Positions 12,242 to 23,916 of a stretch of 64,000 nucleotides of DNA are shown one piece after another; position 1 is the stretch's first letter; each line of letters opens with the position of its first letter. Both the position numbers and the translations under genes were made by a program. The notes under the pieces are model-generated. The model made no database searches. It saw only the letters and a list, made by a program, of their open reading frames with translations, and was not told where the DNA came from. The DNA comes from Cladosporium halotolerans (lineage: Eukaryota): contig NW_027191460.1 of the NCBI RefSeq assembly GCF_011745625.1, positions 372,001-436,000 on the forward strand, read 5' to 3'.

Positions 12242-13806
12242 GGTGCGAGGATCGACGTCCACGTCGGGTTGAGAAGACGTTGGGTTTGCAGATGAGAAAA
12301 AAGAGTGTCGACGATCAAGACAGCCTCAGGCGTGAAGCCTGCGTTGACGCGCACCGCGTTTCACTGTTTGAAGTGAGGCTCGTGAGGTCAGCGCTCCAAC
12401 ATGCTAGCGCAGCCGACCCGCTGAAGCTTGGGAGCTCTGCGCAACATCTCTACTCTTGCCTGACGTATAAACTAAACATACATGAAACCGCTGGTACTAA
12501 GTGGCAGTCTTAATTCTGTCTAAGTTCGGAACGCTCAACGACCGCTTTTCGGTTCTGCTAACCGATCGGTTGACAATCATCACCCAGTCAGCCGCCCTCA
12601 CGAAACCCACTTCCATCGCCAACCTCGTCGGGTTTATTAGATGAGCCAATAGTCCGAGATAATTTACGGAATACTCCTTCCTTAAATAGCATGTCTTCAT
12701 GATTTATTGAAAATTACAGGTGCAAGACCGCATCTCAAAACATCGTGCCTCATGCCTAACCCTGGCGGCGGCAAATGACAATCTCTATGCGTTGGAGAGG
12801 TAATCAGGCCGCTCCAGGCGCAGACAGTGAGACTCACGAGGTCACCATTCTCAGACGTTCCACAAGAGTAAAGCTGTCGTTGCGTCTGCGGCAGACACTG
12901 CCACGTCAGAAACCTGCTCCCGCCTCTACAGCACCAACACACAGTGCTGTTGCACGCTTGTCGCAAGGGTTCACGAAACATGTGCGAGGAGGCAGCGCGA
13001 GACGTCAGCGGCGGTGAGGGGTGTGGCAACCAATACCAGAAAACAAGCTTGACACACGGGCGGGGATATTGCCTGTGATCGGGACAAGGATCAAGTCCAG
13101 CTTCTGGGGTTTCCTTCGCAAGATCCAGGGGTGCCTTTATTGACAAAGTGAAATCGTGCTCTTCGTATATCGAGAGCCGTGTGGATCACGGCTCACCGTG
13201 TAGGACAGTCGCGCTGTTATCAATCAAAGTCGCTATTAGGTGCTATTCTTATTGCCACCAGATGAATCTTGAAGATCACGCTGAAACAATAGAAAGCCAC
13301 TAGCAGTCGACCTCCGCAGCTCGGTGGCGAGGTTGATGAGCTGCGGCAATGTCCAATTCCACTGGCTTCCTCCGAGTAATCCCAGCATCTTCATCGTGAT
13401 TTGATTGCATGTGGTTGTAGTGATTCGAGCACAGCAACGTTGTGACCAGCTCCTTCACCATCGTTCTTCAGGTACCCCGAAGCGCGAACCCCTATCGCGG
13501 AGTATAATCGCTTAATTTAACACGAGCCGCAAGATGCATGCAGGGCGCAGGCGCCGTGGCTTTTTCTGATGTCATTGAGCTTGCGGGCCGCGACAACGGC
13601 TGCCATTCACGAAGCCAAGACACGGCTCGACGACACGACAAACCGCGCCTGCTCTGCGTTGTTTGCGGGCTCCTGTGGCACGACTCCTCACCTACTCCTC
13701 ACGTTCCCTAGTACGCTCGACTTGCTTCCCTGCTGGACGGGGGGACACGATATGCGCACACTTTAATACGAACAACCGACCGCGCAACAAGAGCCACAAT
13801 TCAACC

Positions 13807-16800
13807 ATGTCGGGGCAAGCAGCGCCAGACGCCTCGGACGTCGACACCAGCTCGTTCGAGGGATGGCTCAGCGCTTCTGCAGGAATAGCGACATCCGACG
13901 CCACACTCTCATGGGGAGGCTTGATTGCTGCTATTGCAACTGCATTCGTTACTGCAGGCATTCAGTTCACTGTCTTCGTTCTCCTGAGATGGCGTCTCAC
14001 ACGAATCTACCGGCCCAGAACCTACCTTGTCCCCGAGAAGGACCGCGTGCCTATTCCGCCGCACGGAATCATCGGCTGGATCAAACCTGTATTCAGCACA
14101 CCAAGTTTGCAGTTGATCCAGAAGTGCGGCCTCGACGCCTATTTCTTTCTCCGCTACTTGCGCATGCTGCTCAAGATCTTCGTGCCTATGGCCGTCATAA
14201 TCCTTCCTATTCTCCTCCCTATCAATCGGTACTCCGGCGCAGGCTCCGACGAACAGGGGCTGTACATCTTCACGATCGGAAACTTGGAAGACCGATACAC
14301 GAGCTCAAGATCGTGGGCACATCTCGTCTTGGCCGTCTGCTCGATCGTCTGGATTCTCTATGTGGTCTACGAAGAGCTTAGAGGCTATATAAGAGTGAGA
14401 CAGGCGTATCTCACTAGTCCTCAACACCGCATTCGCGCCTCCGCGACGACGGTGCTTGTCACCGGTATCCCCAAACGGTGGTTGACTGTTGAAGCACTCG
14501 ACGGCCTGTACGACGTATTTCCTGGCGGCATCCGCAATATCTGGATCAATCGCAATTACGACGAGCTTGCCGACAAAATCTCTAAGCGCGATAACATTGC
14601 GACATCGCTCGAAGAGGCGGAAACGAATTTGGTCAAGATGTGCCGCAACAAACATGAGAAGGCAGTCAAGAAGGCAAAGAAACAAAACAAAAAGAACGGT
14701 ACTGCGTCGGACGATAAGGATGGACAGGAGCTGTCTCCAATTCGCGATGGAACGCCAGCCGAGAAGGAACAGCAACCGCAAGACTCGTCTTTGACAAGGC
14801 CCGAGCCCCCGAGAATACCGACCAATGTCCTTCCGAGCACCTATACCGAATCGAATGGGCAATTACCAAATCCGCCAAAGACTACTTCATCGTACCAACC
14901 TCGTCCAAGCACGAAACGATCTGATGAGCAGCCGCTACGCGACAGTCACGAGACAGCAGTGGAAGCGATCACGAAGTCGACACACACACCAAAAGAGACC
15001 CCAGGACAAGACGTGGCTCGAAGCAAGTGGACAGACAAACTGTTATTTTGGCAGACGACTCCCACCGTACCAGCTGGCGGCTACCCTGAGGCTTTCAGCA
15101 AAGACTTTGACAACGATGAAGATGAAAGTGCAACATGGCGGAAATACATCCAACCTAAAGATCGTGAAACTATCCGCCTCCCGCTCGTCAGGCAAGACTG
15201 GTTCCCCGCACTGCCATTTGTCGGCCAGAAAGTTGACCGCATATATCACTGCCGCAGAGAACTTGCCAGACTCAATTCTGAGATCGAGGCTGATCAGGAG
15301 AATGCCGAAAACTTCCCTTACATGAACAGCGCGTTCATCCAGTTCAACCACCAAGTCGCAGCGCACATGGCATGTCAGGCCATCAGCCACCACGTCCCGC
15401 AACATATGGCGCCTCGGACTGTTGAAATCAGTCCGGACGACGTGCTCTGGGACAATATGTCCGTCAAATGGTGGGAACGATACATTCGTGTCGGCATAGT
15501 AGTTGCGATCGCTATTGCCCTTGTCATCCTTTACGCCATCCCGGTCGCTTTCACCTCGCTGCTCTCAAACATTGCGGTCCTTGCTGAGAAGATTCCTTGG
15601 CTCGCGTGGCTAGCTGATTTCCCGAAGGAAGCGAAAAGTATCATCCAGGGTGTTCTGCCTCCGATTCTGCTGTCTGTTCTGCTTCTTCTGGTCCCAATTA
15701 TCTTCAGGCTTCTGGTTAAGCTGCAGGGCGTACCCACTGGTAACTCGAGGGAGCTTGGAGTGCAGCAATGGTACTTTGTCTTTTTATTTATCCAGGTACG
15801 ATTCAATAACCCATCACTCGTGGATTACGCTAATTTTCCCGTACAGGTCTTTGTCGTCGTGACAATCAGTAACGGCTTGCTTCAATTTTTCGTCAACGCT
15901 GCCAACAACCTCGCAGGTGTCGCCCAAGACCTGGCCCAGAATGTTCCTAAGGCCTCATCATACTTCTTTCAGTACCTAATGCTCCGATCTTTGGCAAGTG
16001 CCACCGGTGAGCTTCTTCAAATCGGAACTCTGATTGTCTGGTTCTTGCTTGGCCCCATGCTCGACAGCACACCCAGGCAAAGATGGAAGAGACAGACGAC
16101 GCTTTCTCAAATCAAGTGGGGATCTTTCTTCCCGCCGTTCGCCAACTTCGCTGTCATTGGCATTGCATACTCTTGCGTCGCGCCTCTGATGCTGGTTTTC
16201 ATGCTCATCATCTTCGGCTTATTCTGGGTTGTCTACCGATACAACGTGCTGTACGTGTATCAGTTCAAGAATGATACTGGTGGTCTCCTTTTCCCTGTGG
16301 CTGTCTACCAGCTCTTCACCGGAGTGTACACCATGGAAGTCTTCCTCACGGCATGGTTTTTCGTGGCATCGGACGAGAACGGTGATCGCGCATGCATTCC
16401 CCAGGCTGTCATCACGATTGTCGTCCTTGTGCTGACGATAATCTACCACCGTATCGTGGCGACCACTTTCGACCCGCTCTGTCGTTATCTTCCTATCACT
16501 TTGGAGGATGATGCTGTCATCCGTGACGAAGAGTTCGCTCGTGCGCAGGCGGCTAAATGGGAGAGCAACGCCCCTGAGGAACCTCACGATGACAAAGCCG
16601 AGGCCAACTTCGAACACCAGCTGAGAGACCAGGAGAGGGAGGAGGAAGCCGGGGACGATGTGCCGCCTGAGCCAGTGGGAGCAGACTTGTCCAACGATCC
16701 AAAGTCTCGCCGGCCAAGCAAAGCAAGTAGGACCACAAGTGCACCATCTTCATCCTGGGCTAAGCGCGAGGAAGCTTCCAAGGGATGGCACAAGGCCGTC

Positions 16801-17244
16801 CAGCCCGTCAAGGGCGTCATCCACCTCACCGGCCGCGCGGAAAAGCGCGTTGAGCGAACCCTCGCAAATGCCACCGCAAAGGTCGACCACAACCTCTCGC
16901 GCGCCAACGGCGCTGAAAATTATGGTGGTGACGAAGAAGGCCAGCAGACCGTCGCGGACGTCCTCTTCGCCGGCATAGCAGACGAGCTCGAAGATCTCAC
17001 GCCGGACGAGAGGGACCTGCTCGTGCGCTACGCCTTCCAGCACTCCGCGCTGCGCGCCCGCAGGCCCGTCGTCTGGTTCCCCAAGGATGACTTGGGAGTC
17101 AGCGACGACGAGGTCCGCCGCGGCAAGGCCGTCAGCGAGTACGTCGCCATGAGCAACGAGGGCGCGGACTTGGATCGCAAGGGTAAAGTCACTTTCGACA
17201 AGAGCCCGCCCGACTTTAGCAACGTCGATTTGATTGCGCTTTGA
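13807..17244 (+). CDS. CSC1/OSCA/TMEM63 (DUF221, Rsn1/Phm7-like) calcium-permeable stress-gated channel
   Basis: IYRPRTYL, GLDAYFFLRYL, TVLVTGIP, SAFIQFN, PDDVLWDN, DTGGLLFP motifs and many TM segments. Probable in-frame intron 15796-15846. Confidence 0.92.
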   Translation: MSGQAAPDASDVDTSSFEGWLSASAGIATSDATLSWGGLIAAIATAFVTAGIQFTVFVLLRWRLTRIYRPRTYLVPEKDRVPIPPHGIIGWIKPVFSTPSLQLIQKCGLDAYFFLRYLRMLLKIFVPMAVIILPILLPINRYSGAGSDEQGLYIFTIGNLEDRYTSSRSWAHLVLAVCSIVWILYVVYEELRGYIRVRQAYLTSPQHRIRASATTVLVTGIPKRWLTVEALDGLYDVFPGGIRNIWINRNYDELADKISKRDNIATSLEEAETNLVKMCRNKHEKAVKKAKKQNKKNGTASDDKDGQELSPIRDGTPAEKEQQPQDSSLTRPEPPRIPTNVLPSTYTESNGQLPNPPKTTSSYQPRPSTKRSDEQPLRDSHETAVEAITKSTHTPKETPGQDVARSKWTDKLLFWQTTPTVPAGGYPEAFSKDFDNDEDESATWRKYIQPKDRETIRLPLVRQDWFPALPFVGQKVDRIYHCRRELARLNSEIEADQENAENFPYMNSAFIQFNHQVAAHMACQAISHHVPQHMAPRTVEISPDDVLWDNMSVKWWERYIRVGIVVAIAIALVILYAIPVAFTSLLSNIAVLAEKIPWLAWLADFPKEAKSIIQGVLPPILLSVLLLLVPIIFRLLVKLQGVPTGNSRELGVQQWYFVFLFIQVRFNNPSLVDYANFPVQVFVVVTISNGLLQFFVNAANNLAGVAQDLAQNVPKASSYFFQYLMLRSLASATGELLQIGTLIVWFLLGPMLDSTPRQRWKRQTTLSQIKWGSFFPPFANFAVIGIAYSCVAPLMLVFMLIIFGLFWVVYRYNVLYVYQFKNDTGGLLFPVAVYQLFTGVYTMEVFLTAWFFVASDENGDRACIPQAVITIVVLVLTIIYHRIVATTFDPLCRYLPITLEDDAVIRDEEFARAQAAKWESNAPEEPHDDKAEANFEHQLRDQEREEEAGDDVPPEPVGADLSNDPKSRRPSKASRTTSAPSSSWAKREEASKGWHKAVQPVKGVIHLTGRAEKRVERTLANATAKVDHNLSRANGAENYGGDEEGQQTVADVLFAGIADELEDLTPDERDLLVRYAFQHSALRARRPVVWFPKDDLGVSDDEVRRGKAVSEYVAMSNEGADLDRKGKVTFDKSPPDFSNVDLIAL

Positions 17245-17534
17245 TCGTTTTGGCGGAGAGGTTTGCTTCTTATACATTAGCATTCTGCACGAATGTGCTG
17301 CATATTGCATACTGCATAAGCATCAGCATTGGCATGGACTGGTCGATAGGTTTGCACTCTGCATGTCTGCCTACCTACTACGGTCCTTTGATTTCCTTAC
17401 ATAGCGGCGGCGTTTTGATATACCCGGGACATCCCATACCCTTGAATCCAATCCACTTTCTAATGATTATCGCCTTTCCCCACCGACCTTAGTCGTACCT
17501 TGACCTGAGGTAGCTCAACTCCTGCAACTAAAAC

Positions 17535-18689
17535 TCAGTCCGCCTGAAGATCTTCTAGACTCCTTGATTCGCGACGCGAAGCACCTGGTCTCTCGCTGAA
17601 ATCGAAGGTCGCATATATGGGCACATGATCACTCGTGCCCCGGTCCGCCGCTGTAGCCAGCATACCTGCTTCCACGCAGTTTGATGCCAGCGACGTCGAG
17701 CACAGGACCATGTCTACGCGGTCGCAGCTGTCGCCGAATGCTCTGCCACGTGGGTAATAAGAGTAGTCTTTCTTTTTAGGGTGCAGATGCCGGAACGTGT
17801 CTATCATCCCTAGACTGCGAGATTCGTTCTTACTGGATTCCTCGCCCTTATCGTTGCTGGAGATGTCGAGAAAGCGTCGGGAGAAGTCTTCTCGATTCAA
17901 TACGTGCTGATAGGGATGGGTGCGGAGATTCGGATGACCATCGACAGGCGCGCGCGCGATGTTGATGTCGCCAGCAACAATCACCTGGAACCCATCGTTC
18001 TCCAATGTGCCGATCTCAGCTTGCAGCAATCGATGGACCTCGAGTTTCCGCTCATGGCGCTTTCCCACGATCTCGCCAGTCACAGAGTCTTTGTACGGGT
18101 AGTCAGTCCCGTTGACCATATAGACGTTAAAGATCGCCAGCTTCGGCACGTCGAGCCCAGCCTTCGTCTCGATGACCGAAAACCTGCCCTCGGCATCCCA
18201 GTCGACAGTCCTCATTTGGGCGACGTACGAGTCAGCGAAGTCTTTCCGAACGATGCTGCAGACACCATAGACTTTGCGCCCGAAGCCCGTGGCGTTGTGT
18301 TTGTCATGCGGGAGGCAGAAGTGGCAGACGTAGTCCGGGTTAAACTCAGGCTCGGATGGCGGGCGCTTGATGGCGCGGGAGAGGGCATTTTGGGTTGGGG
18401 AGTCGGCGGGGTTGATTTTGATTTCTTGGAGGAAGAGGAGGGTCGGAAAATTGTGTCGGCGGAGGAAGTCTCGGAGGGAAGGTTGCTGGGGAGCGGAATT
18501 CGTGATGTTGGTGGCGCTGGTGTTTGAAGCGAAGAAAGACGTGATTGGTTTTTGTATGAAAGGCGATATGCCGTTTATATTCCAGCTGAATAGCCTCAGA
18601 GCCTCAGGCGATATGTCTCGATACTTTTTGACTTCTGCCTCTGCAACGCGGCGACGCTTCAAAGGTGGAGGCGATATCTCACGATCCAT
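17535..18689 (-). CDS. Exonuclease III / AP endonuclease (EEP superfamily)
   Basis: Catalytic motifs SWNING, LQEIK, EGR, NVY, GDINIA, IDTFR, RVD and SDHVP. N-terminal basic NLS-like PPLKRRR. Intronless. Confidence 0.9.
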   Translation of the reverse strand: MDREISPPPLKRRRVAEAEVKKYRDISPEALRLFSWNINGISPFIQKPITSFFASNTSATNITNSAPQQPSLRDFLRRHNFPTLLFLQEIKINPADSPTQNALSRAIKRPPSEPEFNPDYVCHFCLPHDKHNATGFGRKVYGVCSIVRKDFADSYVAQMRTVDWDAEGRFSVIETKAGLDVPKLAIFNVYMVNGTDYPYKDSVTGEIVGKRHERKLEVHRLLQAEIGTLENDGFQVIVAGDINIARAPVDGHPNLRTHPYQHVLNREDFSRRFLDISSNDKGEESSKNESRSLGMIDTFRHLHPKKKDYSYYPRGRAFGDSCDRVDMVLCSTSLASNCVEAGMLATAADRGTSDHVPIYATFDFSERPGASRRESRSLEDLQAD

Positions 18690-20055
18690 GTCGACAACGA
18701 ACAGATGGTTCTACATGAGATACTTGGGACACCGCTGCTGGGGCAAGATACACACACCAGAGGAATTATCTTATACCTTGTCTGGTGCATACGTTGTCAA
18801 CGCAAAGTTTAGTATAACGATTGAGAGTGGTGTGGTACCTACAGCCACTCTAACAAATGAAAGTACCTTGGGAACGCGATGCGTCCTCAGGCAGCGCCAA
18901 GCCTCTGGCCCCGGGTTGTGCCACCTGCCACCTGCCACCGCCACCCATTCTCGCTCCCTTGCCCTCGATAGCTCTCCGAATCTTGACGGTACTATCGTCA
19001 TTCACAACTGGATACATGGCACTGTCTTTCGGTTGGCCAAACTATATATGGAATAGAAGTCTGCACAGCAATCCGGGATATGACCCTTTGTCTTCGCGTA
19101 GCAGCAGCCGGGGACCCACGCCTGCCGAACGGCGCCGCTAGTATGGGTTAGAATGCATGACCGATGCTATACCTACCTTAGCTCGACAGAATCGCTTCAC
19201 GGTGCTGCCGTGGATCCTGTGGGATGGCATATCTTGGAAAAGACCATGTTCAGGCAGCAGATGGTCTGTACTAGCGTGTCTAATGGCAAGTATTGGCCCT
19301 TGTCAGCCCGCTCGCTTAAGTTCATATGGTCACGCTATTCCAAATACATGGAGTCGACGAGACCCGTGTTGATAGCTGCATGGTACCCACCTTGGTATAC
19401 AGCTGCGTTTTGCTGGAATACGCAGTTGCCAATCATACGTGCTGCCGTCCGACGTCTTGCCAAACCATCGCGATCAGGTCCGTGCGCCAGAACGACTCGC
19501 TGTCGAGATGCCGTGTGTGCAGCATTTCCGTTTTGCAGGGATGGCAACTCACCGTCTACGAGCACCGAAGCCATCTAAGGGGTGGTAACCACCTCAAGAA
19601 TATGAATCATTCTCATTGAAGCGGCGAATCACGGCGTCGGCATCTGCCACTTTCGGCTGGCCTCGTATCGTCTGCCGAAATCCACGATCAAACGGGCCGG
19701 TCACAAGGTTTGAAGATCGGATCTGACTTCCCGAAACACCAGATTCGACGCCAACTGCCGCGGCACCAATGATTCGCCATGCACTTGAAATCAGTCCCCG
19801 CAACTCCGAGGTAAGGTTGCTCAAGATCTGGACGACCGGGAACCCCCTACACCGCAATATGGCTTTCTTCCGGCGCCAATGTGCAGGACTTGCGTCTAAC
19901 AGGAACGTGGCTACGGGGCCTTATCCGGCCATCTTCAGGTTCCAAAGGATCCGAGCTTGGCGGAAGTTTGGATAAAGTAACATGTCTTCTCCTTCGAAAT
20001 CCTCTCGTCTTTCCTTCATTATCGATCTAACTTTGTCGAGCACGCGGACATCATC

Positions 20056-21714
20056 ATGGGTTCTCTAGGAGATACAGCCGTCGCAAACGGTCGTTCCGAT
20101 TCTACAGGAGTTTCCGTCACGGGTTCTCTGTCAAATACACTCGTCGCAAACAGTCATGCCGATTCTACAGAATTGTCGGTCAATGGAGTGCATTCAGCTG
20201 TGATGCACCGGTCCCTTCATCATGAGCCTTTGCTTGCCGTTTCTGCCAAGGGACATTATCTCCACCTCAGCAATGGACAAAAGGTCTACGACGCCACTGG
20301 CGGTGCAGCAGTTGCATGTCTGGGTGGTGACAATGCTCGGTATGCGAAATGTATTTCTGGTATGAGTCTTTACTGACGGCTTTCAGTGTTACGAAAGCTT
20401 TAGTGAACCAATTGACAGAAGGGGTATCATACTGTCATTCCTTGTTCTTTGCCACTGAAGCCGCAGAACAGCTCGCTTCCCATCTCATTCAGTCTACCAA
20501 CCACAAGATGGCGAGGGCTTTCTTCACATCAAGCGGCAGCGAAGCAGTCGAAGCAGCCCTCAAAATGGCGAGACAATATCACCTCGAAAAGAATCCGCCA
20601 GAACCTCAACGAATTCACTTCATCGGGAGGAAGCAGAGCTACCACGGCACCACGCTTGGTGCACTCGGTGCCGGCGGTCACCGCGCCCGTCGCGCAATCT
20701 ACGAGCCTATGCTCAGCGACAACTCCACTTTTGTCAGCCCTTGCTTCGCGTATCGCGGGAAAGCATGGCCCGAGGAGTCAGACTCGGCCTACGTATCACG
20801 GCTGGAAGAGGAGATAGAGGCTGAGTTCCAGCGTGTCGGGCCAGGCAAAGTTGCGGCGTTCATCGCGGAGCCAATCGTTGGCGCCGCTCTCGGCTGTGTC
20901 CCTTCCGTGGCTGGATACTTTGAAGCCGTACGCCGGATTTGCAACAAACATGGCGCTCTTTTGATCTTGGATGAGATCATGTGCGGGTCCGGACGAGTGG
21001 GTCCACGACCATCAGCTCGGTATCCGAAGCCATTACACGCATGGCAAGACCCTTCTGTTGGTATAGTCCCGGATCTCATGACCATGGGCAAAGGGCTTGG
21101 TGGAGGCTTCCAGCCGATCGCCGCTATGCTTGCCAACAACAGGGTTGTTGAAGTGTTGTCAAAAGGGACAGGATCGTTCAGCCACGGGCAGACCTATCAA
21201 GCCCACCCGTTGGCATGTCGAGCGGCCCTCGAGGTGCAAAGGATCATTCAGGAGGACGATCTTGTGAGCAACGTGCGAGCTCAAGGCAAATTGCTCGGAC
21301 GTCTCCTGCAAGACAAATTGTCCAAACACCCACACGTGGGCAATATCAGGGGCCAGGGATTGTTCTGGGGCATCGAATTTGTGGAAGACAAAGAAACAGG
21401 GTCTCCTTTTGATCCAGCCCGCAACGTGGCAATGGAGATCCATGAATTGGGTGAGTTGCATCGGTGGAACGTGTGGAGATTGTTTTCTACGATCGTATTC
21501 CTGGATCGGTCCATGTGCTAACATAATTAAAGGCATGCAAAGTCCTTTCAACATCAGCTTGTACCCCGGCACGGGTACCACAGATGGAGTCAAAGGCGAT
21601 CATATCCTGATTGCACCTGCGTACAACATCAAAGCCGAAGATGTACACATGATTGTCGAGACGACGGCGTCGATCATCAACGCCTTTTTCGGCACCGCCA
21701 GACAAGGAGAGTGA
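20056..21714 (+). CDS. PLP-dependent class III aminotransferase
   Basis: YDATGGAAVACLG, SGSEAVEAALK, SYHGTT, FIAEPIVG, LILDEIMCGSGR, PDLMTMGKGLGGG (PLP lysine), HGQTYQAHP. Introns 20340-20386 and 21451-21532. Confidence 0.92.
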
Positions 21715-23916
21715 ATGGTATGGCTTCCTTTCTCAATTCACGTTATTCATTAAGCCAGGGTTTCCGTGTCTCTCTATTCTTCATCTTTAATTGCCGGAGT
21801 ATCATATACACTTCATTTTCTAAATCTTCTTGGGTTTCGACTAAGTGAATTCAAGCAATATTCGCATGCGTATGAACATGCTTTCAGATCTCGCATTGAG
21901 AGGTTACGTGATATGGACGTGACTCCAGAATACGGTTTCTGTATCCCTTGCAGATACAGCAGGCACCCAGGTCGAATGGTCAGCCTGGAACTCACGGAAC
22001 GCCGCATTGTACCTCACGTGGCCCGGAAATCAGTCCCGACGGTAGAGGCAAGATCTAACGGTGCTGCAAGGACCGATGCGCAGATATCTAGCATGCGTGG
22101 TGCCTTATCTTAGCATATTGGCTTGTGTACACAGTGACATGATCCAGATCTCGGCGCGCACTGGGTGCTTCAACGATGCCGCGAGGTCGCAGCAAGACGC
22201 CGCCGTGCCACGCACCACGTGCATGGTGGCGTCTGCATTCGTCCCGTGTCCACATCCGCGGGTCGTCGGTTTCTTAGTACCGGGAAGATCTGCGCACGTC
22301 TCGCTCGACTCCGAGCCCTGGCATAACGTCGCATCGACAGCTGGACGCTAGCTCAAACCATGCTGTTCTGCGAGGCAGAGGATTGGTCTAGCCCTATTCG
22401 CTTCTTTAGGGCAGCGTCTGCGGTGTCGAGGGCTGAGACGCCAGCCAGGGCGTGCTTCTTGGGCTTGCATTGACAGGTCAAGGTGGAGAGGATCAGGCGG
22501 TGAACAGGCTATGCGGAAGAGATTCCACTTAGGCAACCCATCAACCCGCGTGTGACACGACTGAGTAATGATTTGGAAGCTTTGGTGCCACCCGCCTCCC
22601 TCGCGGCAAGCGACTCATTCTCAAACGATCCAACTTATTATGGCAGTCGAGATGGGGGAGACGATCTGCAGTCTTCGTTACAAGGCCAGACCCTGGTGGA
22701 TGCAGCCTCTCCTCGACACACCGCACATGAGCAACGTGTTGATACGGTAGTACCAGTAAGGCATCTCCCGGACCGCGTCCTTCGAGTGTCTCGTACCGAG
22801 CTACCGCACCCATCGCGCAGACTATCGTCTTGTTTCTCTCCCAGCCCCACGTGGTGTCACAACACCTAGCACCGCCGTTCCCAAACGTCCAAATATGAGC
22901 GGTCAAACACGCAGCCGCACCTGTACTAGGCTCTCTGCCGAGTCCCCCGCAAGCGAAGTCCTTGGATGTTCAAGGATCTGGAGGCACACGACCGGCCTGA
23001 ACATTCCTCCTTAGGCGAAAACATCGGCATGCCGAGCGGGCCGACCGAGAATGTGGAGATCTCCAACACACGGCGGGAAAGACACTGCACCTTGCCGCGA
23101 GATGCGCTGCCGTTAGCCGGGGGAGGTTCGCGAGGTGGCGTGGGCGATCTGCAGGTCTAGAAGCTCGCGGGGAGCGATGGACCGGGTCAGCCACATTCAA
23201 CATGGGACGAATAGGATGGGAAGGCGCTGGCTAAATCTGTATCCCTTGCGTCTTCAAGCGCAGTTGCTGCATGCTGACTTCGATGTGTGTTGCATGGCGG
23301 GCTCGCGTGTAGACGAAGTGCTTTACGAAATCGATCCTTGACTACAATGCGGTGATCGAGACGGGTATAGTATCCGCTATCTGACATGGGGTTCCATTGG
23401 TCACGCAAGGAAGCTCTTGCCGACCTGTCGACGGCCTCTTATCTTTCCGACCATTGAGTACCATCGTTCCACTTTGAGTATTGTAGTGAGATTCCTAAGT
23501 ACGCCCAGCCAAATGGGCATTATACAATCATGCCATGCTAGCAAGATGCAGCGCGATTGAAACCAAACTCCCTCACTATGCTGAATCGAACGATGCTGGG
23601 GTATGCCCTAGAGGAGATCACAGAGAAAGATTGTACACACTCATGGTCGAGCGTTCCATTGGAGTGCAATGGCACATGCAAGGAGCAAAGGTGCACAGAA
23701 TCCTTACGTGCTGAGGTAGATCTTCGATGCCCCCTTGAGATCGCCAACCCTTTTCACATGCATCGGCATGTTCAGGAAGTGTTTCCATGTCAATGTCCCT
23801 CTTTCGTCGACAGTCTCCAGAGCAAGCATCACGAGCTTGAATATGTCGCAACTGAATCATAGCCTCTGGCGTAGAGTTGTCTTTGCCGTCAATCAACATG
23901 TTCCTTTTTTCATTCA

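Noticed and set aside
19200..19574. Protein-like minus-strand frame interrupted by a stop
   Set aside because: No recognisable domain, so a pseudogene call is unsupported.
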